The notes under the pieces were generated by a model. The model saw nothing but the letters and a program-made list of their open reading frames with translations. It did no database searches and was not told the DNA's origin. Positions 54,571 through 64,000 of a DNA stretch of 64,000 nt are shown one piece after another. Origin of the DNA: Lama guanicoe. Its lineage: Eukaryota. How positions within the stretch are numbered: position 1 is the stretch's first letter; every line of letters begins with the position of its first letter. The DNA lies in NCBI GenBank assembly GCA_013239625.1, contig MU053758.1, positions 3,705,490-3,769,489 of the forward strand. The letters run 5' to 3'. The position numbers and the translations under genes are program-made.

Positions 54571-55308
54571 TTTAATTTGGAAGCTGTACAAATAACTCCA
54601 GAATAGAGGTGAGGCCGTGTAGTGCGGCACTGAGGGTTAATGAGTGGCTGTGTAGCAGGACAGTGACAAGCCTAGCCTTTGAGACGAGTCACGCCCTTGT
54701 GTAATAACTACTCATTAGCCTGGCCCAGATATTTAGTCTCCCCGAGCTTCAATTTCCTCCGCTATAAAATGTGACCTTGGGTTTGATTCATGGATCCACT
54801 ATTTATTTTAAAGCCATGTCACCCAAGGCGAGGTACTTAACCTCCCAGAACCTCAGTTTTCTCATCTCAGAAATGGGGCTAATAGCCCCCACCTCAGAGG
54901 GTTTGTGCGAGATAAATAAAAATCATATGTAAGGAACACTGCCCGGCACACGGAGAGCCTTCAACAGGCAGCCAGGATCGGCGCCTCAATAAAGCAGCGG
55001 AATGAATGCTAAACAGCTATGCTAATCTGCACACACAGGGCTTGGCCCACCCCCACCATCCCTGTGGGGTAACGTTTGCCCCTCAACTCAGAGGCCAGCT
55101 GCTTTTATTTGGAACTGGAGCAGGTGCTGGCCCTTCAGCTTTTCCAGGCCTGTTTCGCAGAACCACACCTTCCTGCAGCCACACACCAGGTGCTGGCAAA
55201 CACGGCTTATATCTCACGCCCCTGCCTCTGCTCGGCTGTCCCCTCCTCCTGCAGTATCCTCAGCCTCAGCCACCACAGGTCTAACCCTGCCCCTTCTCCA
55301 GTGCTCAC

Positions 55309-55800
55309 TGTGACAGGCAGATAATGACCCTCCAAAGATGTGCGAGGCCTAATGCCCAGGACCTGTGAATACGCATCTCACATGGCAAAAAGGGACTTTG
55401 TGGATGTGATTAAGTGAAGGATCCTGAGATGAAGAAATTATCCTGGATTATCTAAATGGGCTCAGAGTAATCATAAGGGTCCTTATAAGAGGGAAGCAAA
55501 ATGATTCAAGTCCAAGAGACAAGATGTAACCATGGAAACAGCGGTTGGAGCAATGCACTTTAAAGGCAGAAGGGGCCACAAGCCAAGGAACATAGGTGGC
55601 TTCTAAAAGCTGGAAAAGGCAGGGAGACAGATTCTCCCCTAAAACCTCCAGAAGGAACACAATTCTGCTGACACTTTGATTTTAGCCCATAAGACCCACT
55701 TCAGACTTCTGACCTCTAGAACTGTAAGATACTAAGTCTGTGTTGTTTTAAGCCACTAAGTTCAAGGTAATTTTTTCACCAGCAATAGGAAACCAGCACA
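55309..55800 (+). mobile_element. MLT1 (ERVL-MaLR) solo LTR, MLT1C/D-like
   Basis: TG...CA ends; catggcaaaaagggactttgtggatgtgattaag; gacttctgacctctagaactgtaagata; tgttgttttaagccactaag. Confidence 0.85.
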
Positions 55801-55810
55801 TCACTTCTTT

Positions 55811-55939
55811 TGGGGGGGGCGGGGGGTGGTCAGGAGATAATTAGGTTTATTTATTTATTTAATGGAGGCACTGGAGGTTGAACCTAGGACCTCACGCATG
55901 CTAAGCACGTGTTCTAACACTGAGCTATACTTTCTCCCC
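55811..55939 (-). mobile_element. tRNA-derived SINE (Vic-1-like)
   Basis: Reverse complement of the 43538/60877 family: ttgaacctaggacctcacgcatgctaagcac...ctgagctatac; CACTTCTT on both flanks. Confidence 0.85.
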
Positions 55940-57944
55940 ACCACTTCTTCCTTCAAGCCTCTGTGATGCCTGGCACCTTCCCCACCCCAAATCCTTCCCT
56001 CCTCTGAGCCCATCTGGTGCTTTATCTGACCCTCTCCTGGGGCTATCCTCTGTCCCCCTGGTGAGAGTTAGTTGACTCTTATCTCCTCTACTAGATGGTG
56101 AGCTCCTTGAGGGCAGGAGTTGGTTATTTATTTTTGTGTCTCCATCACCCTGATAACTCTTCTGCTTCCTTCCAGATCTATTCTCCACCCTTCCCTGCCC
56201 TGCTTATGCCCAGAAGGCTGATCTCTGGCTGCCCCGTTGGAGCAGCCAATGGGAGGCAGCTGCAGGAGATGGGCGGAGGGAAGAAGGAAGTGAGCGTGTA
56301 CTCCCTCAACAGGACAGCTGTGGTCACTCTCCTCTCAGAACTGAGCACAGTCAGAGATGCAGAAAGAAGGTGGCCGGGCGGCAAGTCCCCATAGGACCTC
56401 CAGGAGGGCGCTGTGGAGGGCAGTCCTCTGGGACCTCAGCACCGCCCCCACCCCCCAGCTCCCATCACACTGCGCCCTCCTCCGTTGTCCCTTCAGCTTC
56501 CGTGCTCCCTCCTGGGTGCTACCCCAACCCTGCTCCTATTCAGATTTTCAAAAATAGTTCTTTCTCTAAAGTCCATTCAGCTGACCCCGAGAGTCATGTA
56601 TCCTGCGGGCACCCTGACCCATGCAGATGTGGCTCAGGTCCGAATGGAAAGTCAGCTGCAGAGGGCCTGGTACACGTGGGGACATTGCCTCAGTCTGTCT
56701 GTCTTAGATGGTGACCCCACCAGGGCTGGGACAGGCCCACGGAGCATTCTCCTCCACCCACTCCCAGCCATGCGGGCAGGAAGAAAGTCCTTATTAGCAA
56801 GTGGAGAGAGCAGGAGGGAGTGGGCAGCAGGGGAGGAAACCCTCACTCCCATCGGGTTCTCCGGAACCCACTCTCCACACAGGCCCACACACTGAGCGGT
56901 CCCAATCCACACGTCTCCTTTGGCTCCGCCCCTTTCCTGGGGCGCCCGGGCTGGACAGGAGCCAGGGGCTGGCGGTGTGGGGCTGGCGCGGTGACACGCC
57001 CTCGCCGCCTTTTTCCGCAGAGCTGCCTCCATGCCGGGTATCTGGTGCCTGGTGCCGCCAGGCCTGGCCGGCCCCCGCACTCCTTCCCCTTCACTCTGCC
57101 ATGTCTGGGCTGCTAAGTGACTCACCCTCATATCCCTCACACCCTGCCCTGCCTCTGACCCCACCAGCCCTGGCCCCCTCCCAGCTCATCTGCGCACTCG
57201 CTCCAACGGCCTGAGCAGTGCCGCCCCACGCTCTGCACCCCACAGTCCAGGGAAGCTCTCCCCTCCCTCAGGGAAGCACAGCAGGGCTCTGATGGCGCAG
57301 CCTGGACCCAGCAGTCCTTATATTTCCTAGATCAGGCGCCCAGACATAATCCATTAGGTCCGTTTCTTACAACAACCTTCCAAAGGAGATCATTACCACC
57401 CATTTCACAGATGATACTGAGGTACAGAGAGGTATGTGACTTGCTGACGGCCACAGGGGCAGGCGGCAGTGGAGCTGACTCCAATGCGCCTCCCACCTCC
57501 CACCAGAGCACCCTTCCTATTTACCCTGAGCCAAGCGCGGGGGAAGTCACAAGTTATGCAGGAAAGGGCGCTGGATATAGAGTCCAAAGTGCCGGATCCA
57601 GTCCAGGCTCTGACTTTCAGCATCTGGCTGGTCTGGGCAATCTGTTAGCCCCTCTGTTTCCCAGTCTATGTGCTAGGGACAATGATCCTGCCTGCCCACC
57701 TCCCGGGGCTATTTAGAGGTTCAGAGAGAAGAGGGGATTGCAAGGCGGATCAGAGTCTGGCATCCGAGCTATCGAAGAAAGCGGTGTTGTCCACTCTGGA
57801 GCCAGCTACTGCTTCGGACAGGCTGCCGGCCCGGGGGCTGACTTCACAAGCTCACCCCACCGCCCGCAGCTCCCTCTGCCCTCAGCAGGCTGAGCTGGCT
57901 CCGCGGGTGCAGCCGGCGCCCAGGACTAGGCCAACTCGGCGCCA

Positions 57945-57963
57945 CAGCGCCCCCTGGAGGCCG
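57945..57963 (-). promoter_or_regulatory. Strong CTCF-type motif in a CpG-rich segment
   Basis: Minus strand GGCCTCCAGGGGGCGCTG against the core consensus CCASYAGRKGGCRS (one mismatch). Confidence 0.6.
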
Positions 57964-60876
57964 TACCGGGACTCGCCGCCCTGCCACCTGAATGGCCCCT
58001 CTTTCTGCATTTCTGACGGTGTTCAACTCTGAGATGAAAGATCTGAAAGGTCAGGGGGGCATTATCTGGGCACGGGTTGGCTCTAGACTCCAGGCTACTC
58101 TCCAGCCTCCCTAGGGGAGAGCAAACTGGCGTTGAGCTGAGACTGGTACAAGAGAAAGAGGCCCGGAAGTGCTGAAAATCCAAAGACCCAGATTGTAGCT
58201 GTGTGACCCTGGGCATGTGTCTTTCGTTCTCTGAAACTGGCAGTGGAGCAATAAAGGAGTGGAGGAGGCCGCCTAAGGAAAGGTATCTCCCCTCCGCACT
58301 CTAAAATTGTTTGTCTGACACTCGGCTGCCTCAGGTGCAAAACAGCCACAAGGGGCCGCTGCAGCCACGGCTGTAAAGGAAGCCGGAGCTGACGGAAACG
58401 GCCCGCCCCCTACCTGCCCCCACCACACCTCGCCCCCGCGGGCGGTCAGCCCAGCGTCCTCCTCCCAGTACACCCCTGCTGGAATCATAATGGTACCCAA
58501 ATGTTTAAACCTTCCGGGAATAGGCCAGTCCCCTGAATTCACAGTTCTCTTAGGGTAGAGTTTAGTGGGACCCTTAGGAGATCAAGCTAAAGAAAGCTGG
58601 GCAAACTAGGAGCATACATCCAGTGAGATCTAGAATCATCCCTTGCAAGGGGCTGACACAAGTTGCCGCAAGGAAATCCCACCAGCCATGGAATCCCATG
58701 CACGTGGGTTCCAATCTGGGAGGGTAGGGAGTCCCCAGCCAGCTGTTGGTCCCTAAACAAGTCACTGAACTTCTCTGAACTTTGGTTTTCTCCCAGAACC
58801 ACCTCATAGGAGGAAACATACTGGGGAGAGGAGTCAATGTTTGCACTGGGGGGGCCATCCACCAAGCTCCCCCTGCCCCCCTGTTGCCCTGCACAGTAGG
58901 AAATATGGGCATAGGCAGGGGGCTCAGAGCAGCCTCAGAGCAGCCCCCGAGATTGCTCTAGAAATTGACATGAGAAGGTTCCACCGCCTAAACACAGGAC
59001 CCTCTGGTGGGTTCCCTCTTCCCTACAGCATGGGAGTAATGCGTGCGCACAGGGAGATGTTGAAGCCGTGACACAACCCAGCCCTGGTGTTTGCTCAGAG
59101 AAAGGGGGTGCTGGGAGTTTGGTAGCAGAGCAGCTTCCGACCAGGTTGGAGACCACTTGTCTTCTTGCCAGACTCATTCTCTACTAGGAGGATTTTATCT
59201 GGATCAAAGATGGTGGGCAGTTCCTGGCCAATAGGGCCTCGTCCCCAAACACAGGGCTAGAAAAAGGTGAATCCAGAGAGGTCATGGGCTTACCTCGGAC
59301 TCCTGGGATACAGTTCAGCTTCCTCCCCTTCATGGAGCAAGCCCCCTCTTGTCTCACCCCCACCACTCGCCCCAGCCCCAGAAAACATGTTTCAGTTCCT
59401 CCACTGGGCCACACTCAGTGTCACCTCCAGGGCTTGACAGATGCAGTTCCCCCTGCCCAGAATGTTCGCCTCCCCCCAACACACACATGCAGGCACACAC
59501 CACACCCCCATCAACTCTCACCTGGATAAATCTAACCCATCCTTCAGGTCTTGGCCCAGCACGTGCTCCATGAAACGTTCCCTGACTCCCAAGACTGAGC
59601 TAGGACTCCTGCTGTGTGGCCCAAAGCCCCCAGACTCCCCCAGAGCGGAGCTCGGCACCCTGTGTCACGCTGTTGTCACTCATTGTGTCTCCTGGAGGGC
59701 TCTGCTGGGAAGATCCTGTGTCCGCCTAGGTCACTGTTGCAGTCCCAGCAACCAGCAGCATGCCTGGCACAAAGCAGGCCTCCAACGAGTGCATGTTGAA
59801 TGGAAGGGGCAATGACCTGGTAAAGGCAGACTGGGGATCTGCTAGGGGCGCCCCGTGAGCGGGGAGCTCAGTGGAGCCCACTTCCTCCCCACCCCTACCC
59901 CACCTTTGGATCTCAGACTTGACTCTTCCTTATGGGTTTGGGGTTTCCTTGATTCACTTTCCTGAGGTTTCCCTCTCTCTTGATGAAAGTTCTGACAACA
60001 TGTCTCGGTTGTGCTGAGGGGAACAGATGAGAGACATCGCGGCTGGCTGGGTCTGGCCTGAGTTAAGGTGTGAACAGCAAGTCCCAGGGGCTGAGAGTGC
60101 TGGTGGCAGCAAAGATGGGCCCAGAGCCGCTGGGGGAGAGATTCCCCAAAGCTCAGAGGGATCAAAGCCATCCGAAGATGTATGAGAATCAGAACAAGAT
60201 AGGGTTGGGGCAGAGGGGTCCTTAAGGACCATCTGGTCCAAAGCCCTCATCCTTCCTTCCTCACCCACTCAGTCCTTCCTTCAACAAGCTCAGACAGGTG
60301 CCTTCAGAGGGGGGAAACTGAGCCCAGACATTGCAGCCCTTGCTCTTAGTTATTTGCACAATTATCTCAAAATAACTATTCTTTTCTCTTCAGAAGCCCA
60401 TCTCTGACCTAGAAATTGTTAGCAGCCACCTAGGCAGTGCTAGGAGGGCAGGATCTGGAGCCAGGTCGACTTGGTAGGCATGTCTTGTGCAACATACTTC
60501 CCTCTCTGAGCCTCAGTTTCGCTTGTTAAGTGGAAACGATAATATCTACTTCTCGCAGCTGTTGTGAGAAATAACGAGATGATACGAAACAACCTTGGCC
60601 CACACCTGTCCTAGAAAGCCTCCCTGGCTGCCATGCTTTCCCAGCCCCCGTCCCCTCCCATCACCAACTGCACTCACCACATCATTCAGCAATGACCAAT
60701 CGGCTTATCTGCTTCCAGCCCTTGACTGAGCTCCCTGGGGAAACAGAACTCATGTGTTTGGTTCACAATTTCATTTATTTCCAGCCCCCAACACAGAAAA
60801 GTCACCCATAAATATTTGTCGAATGAATGAACAGATGAATGGTTGATCTGAAGAAGGGATTAAAAGAGATGAAAGA

Positions 60877-61000
60877 GGGAAGGGTATAGCTCAGTTATAG
60901 AGTATGTGCCTAGCATGCAAGAGGTCCTGGGTTCAATCCCCAGTACCTCTGTTAAAAAACAGATAAGTGAACCTAATTACCTCCCCCCACCAAATTACAT
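60877..61000 (+). mobile_element. tRNA-derived SINE (Vic-1-like)
   Basis: gggaagggtatagctcag...gaggtcctgggttcaatccccagtacctc...cctaattacctcccccc; imperfect TSD TAAAA(G/T)AGATGAA. Confidence 0.85.
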
Positions 61001-61023
61001 AAAATAGATGAAGACTCCAGCTA

Positions 61024-61099
61024 GAGATTTTCTTAAAGAGGCTCACATATCACCACACCACGAGATTTTCTTAAAGAGGCTCACATATCACCACCACCA
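61024..61099. repeat. 38-bp tandem duplication
   Basis: gagattttcttaaagaggctcacatatcaccac starts at both 61024 and 61062. Confidence 0.9.
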
Positions 61100-62099
61100 C
61101 CACCTACCTTTCCTCACTAGATTTTATCCTCACACTTTTATGTTTCTCCTGAGTTTTATTTGTAAGTGATGGTGGTGGTTGATTCTGTTGAACTTTATTT
61201 TTGGTTTCCCAAGAATCCCCTCAGATAGTCCCAGTTGTTCTCGGTCTATTAAGGGAACTGATTTTGTGACTGTTTGGACCTGAGAGAGAGAGAGAGCATC
61301 AGGGCGCTGAGGCCAAGGGGGCCAGCAGCAGCCTGGACACGTAGGAGAGACTCGAAGTGGAGGGAAGCTCGGGGAGAGCAAAGCGCTTGGGGTTTATGAG
61401 TGTTGGAACAATAGATTTGGAGCCAAAAGGATTCTCAGAGACCATCCAGCTGTCACTCTTATTCCTCCACTTTCCACCCTGTTTCCCACTCCTCCCTTTG
61501 GCCAGCACAGAGCCAGGGCCTTCGGCGGGGGTGGGAGGGGACACTGAGGTCCCAGGGAAGAATCCACACGTATGAAGTCACCCATCTTCTTCCCAGCTCC
61601 TTGTACAGTCTTCACTGGGAAGCAGACCTCACGTGTTCGGTTCACAACTTTATTTATTTCCAACCCCCAACACAGGGCACTTTTGACAAGCCTCTGCCTC
61701 TGGGAGTTGTTTGTCCCTGAATTCAGTGGGTGAAAGGGGAATATACTCAAATTCCTAAGATCTGGACTCTATAGAGTGTCAGAGGACTGGAAACATTCCA
61801 TGATTATACTGAGAAGATCTCTTCTTTCTTGCACTTACAAGGCCGAAGTAGCTAATAGTTCACCTTAAAGTTGAATTCTCCAAGTTGCCAAACGTCAGCA
61901 TCGATTGAAATCACAACCTTGCCAAGTGTCATATAAAATTTAGACCATTGATCAGAAAAGAAGGGTACGCACAGAATTGGAACAGAAATATATGAGAGGA
62001 TTTAATTGACCTGTAGTACCCAAAACTGCAAATGCTTCTCATGTTCCACCCTACCATTCTTTATTGTCTCTAAAATTATAAATAAGTTAGATCTCCAAG

Positions 62100-62950
62100 G
62101 GAGGAGGTCCATTGTAAAGCCAAAGCTGAGAGATGAGGGCCTATTCGCCAGGAGAATTTCAAGATGTCACTGATCTATATCAGCAGAAATGTGAATACTG
62201 GCTTTGGAGATGGTTTCTAATTTTTGATCAGACTGAGTTAATCAATATGGAGGCACTCACCAGAGATTTGCAATTCAGCTGCCAGCTTGAGTTATTTAGG
62301 GCTGAGTCTAAACATTTGCTCAGTCAGTGAGCAGAAATGGAACTCCAAAGTGGCCTATACAAAATAAAGTTGAGTTTCCAGAAAATCCTTGTTGGAAAGA
62401 AGGAAGGAATAATAATAAAGGAAGAGGAATAAAGAGAAAGAAACGCAACCAGCTAGGAAAACAGGAATGTTGGAGTGGGCTTATCATTTAGAACCCATGC
62501 GACCATTCCCCATCTATGAAAGCCCAGAACACACTATCCAGACTCTGGCAGTTAAGAAATACCTAGGCAGCAGGGTGAGTGTAGCTCAGGGCTAGAGTGC
62601 ATGCTTAGCACGCATGAGGTTCTGGGTTCAATCCCCAGGACCTCCATTAGAAAAATAAAAATAAATAAAAATAAATACGTAGACAAGAGGGAACACAGCA
62701 TCTTTGGAAAAAATGGTAGCCCTTGTTCTGTGAGGTTGTGGGCAGGAGATGCTACAGTTGAATTGGGCTCCCTGATTTTAACAGAGATGGGGTCCAGGTG
62801 GCAGAGGGCAAGCAGGGATGCTTCCATTGCTGGAGGGCTGGAATAGTAATCAGGATGATAAAATCTGTAAGGCTTCGTATGATAATCAGCTTATCATGGG
62901 TCCCTAAGACCAAAATACATGGGAAGACCACCAAGATCCTACTTCAATGA
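62100..62950 (+). mobile_element. Degenerate ERVL-class gag relic interrupted by a SINE
   Basis: Collinear peptides DLYQQK..WLWRWFL, DQTELINMEALTRD, KWPIQNKVEFPENPCW, GMLEWAYH and GDATVELGSL..MGSR resemble ERV-L Gag as recalled. Confidence 0.65.
62573..62678 (+). mobile_element. tRNA-derived SINE (Vic-1-like)
   Basis: tgtagctcagggctagagtgcatgcttagcacgcatgaggttctgggttcaatccccagg plus an A-rich tail. Confidence 0.85.
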
Positions 62951-62956
62951 GCATTT

Positions 62957-63325
62957 AGATCTGGAGATTGTCATTCTAAGTGAAGTAAGCCAGAAAGAGA
63001 AAGATAAATACCATGTGATATCGCTTATATGTGGAATCTTTGAAAAAGGACACGAATGAACTTACTACAACACAGAAGCAGACTCACAAACATAGAAGAT
63101 AAACGTGGTTACCAGTGGGCCAAAGGAGTGGGAAGGGGTAAATCGAGAGTTTGAAATCTGCACCTCATGGGGAGTGATGGAAATGTTAGGTGCCTTGATT
63201 GTGGCGGTGGTTTCATACGTATTTACATCCATCAAAATTCATCAAATTGTACATCTGTAATATGTGTAGTCTACTGTATAGGAATTATACCACAATGAAG
63301 GTGTTTTAAAATAAAAATAAAAGAA
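62957..63325 (+). mobile_element. L1 3' fragments (a younger piece joined to an older L1M 3' end)
   Basis: ctaagtgaagtaagccagaaagagaaagataaatacca up to ~63160, then gtgatggaaatgtt...catcaaaattcatcaaattgtaca. Confidence 0.75.
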
Positions 63326-64000
63326 ATGGACTCTAAATCAATCAATCACAGAAACATAAAGAAACAGAAAGGAATTTAATACAGAGCATTGGCTGTTTGC
63401 GAAATTATTAGAAGGCTGGAGAAGTAGACTCTAGATTGAGACTCTAGAAATGGCTCCCTGATTAAGACCATAGAACCAGCCCCCAAAGGAACTCCTGGTC
63501 TGCCACAATAAGAAACCTTGGGAATCAGGAAGCCATTACCAGATCAGGTGGCCCCAGGCATATAGTACCTGGTAGATCTATGCCAACAAAAAACACTCCC
63601 TCCCTCCAGATCTCTTTCCACTCAACTCATGTCCCACCAAAGTGCACTGACTGGAAAAACTTATATTACATCTAGATCCACAGCTGTAAGGGAGTCTGGA
63701 AAAAGTAGGTTGAAGATTATCTGCCTCTAGAGAACAGGAAAGCTCACTGGAAAGATGTGGGAACTGATATGAGCAAGTCAGTCAGTCGTAACTGCTGTAG
63801 TTTTCTACCCCATCCCCCAAAAAGAAAAGTTTAGATCAGGAAGAAGCCTGTCTTAAGCCCCATGATAGAGAATGACAGGATCTTATCCAGTTCTAAAACC
63901 AGGATCAGCTCTTAGACCCAGAGCACTTTGAATAAAGGGAAATCCAGGTACCCTTGAGGAAGGAGTTTGCAAGAACATCACAGGAATGCACTGTGCGTCT

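Noticed and set aside
63340..63800. Possible old LTR next to the ERVL relic
   Set aside because: Only a vague resemblance; I could not support a family or boundaries by eye.
41000..64000. A fifth keratin gene or pseudogene (e.g. KRT9) upstream of KRT19
   Set aside because: No LNDRL/TYR rod motifs or canonical exons were seen. The SSPGGSGCG peptide near 48660 is too short to count. The window probably ends before the next gene, so gene loss cannot be inferred.

Overview
Mammalian genomic DNA containing part of the type I (acidic) keratin cluster. The tRNA-derived SINEs suggest a camelid. Four intact multi-exon genes lie on the minus strand in the conserved order KRT36 (16-3585), KRT13 (15066-18945), KRT15 (27293-31411) and KRT19 (37017-40554). 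All have GT-AG introns and the canonical type I exon sizes 83/157/162/126, and KRT36/13/15 also have the 221-nt exon 6. The last ~23 kb is non-coding upstream DNA with L1, MIR, L2, MLT1, ERVL and SINE relics plus a CpG-rich, CTCF-like segment. I see no wholly new gene system. The most notable signals are: KRT13/KRT15 gene-conversion tracts that extend into an intron; a frameshifted KRT13 tail whose exon-7-skipped form has no stop before the polyA signal; a miR-6510-like tailed mirtron; and substitutions at conserved rod residues. Comparisons to human or consensus sequences are from memory and need database confirmation. Most short ORFs in the track are spurious.
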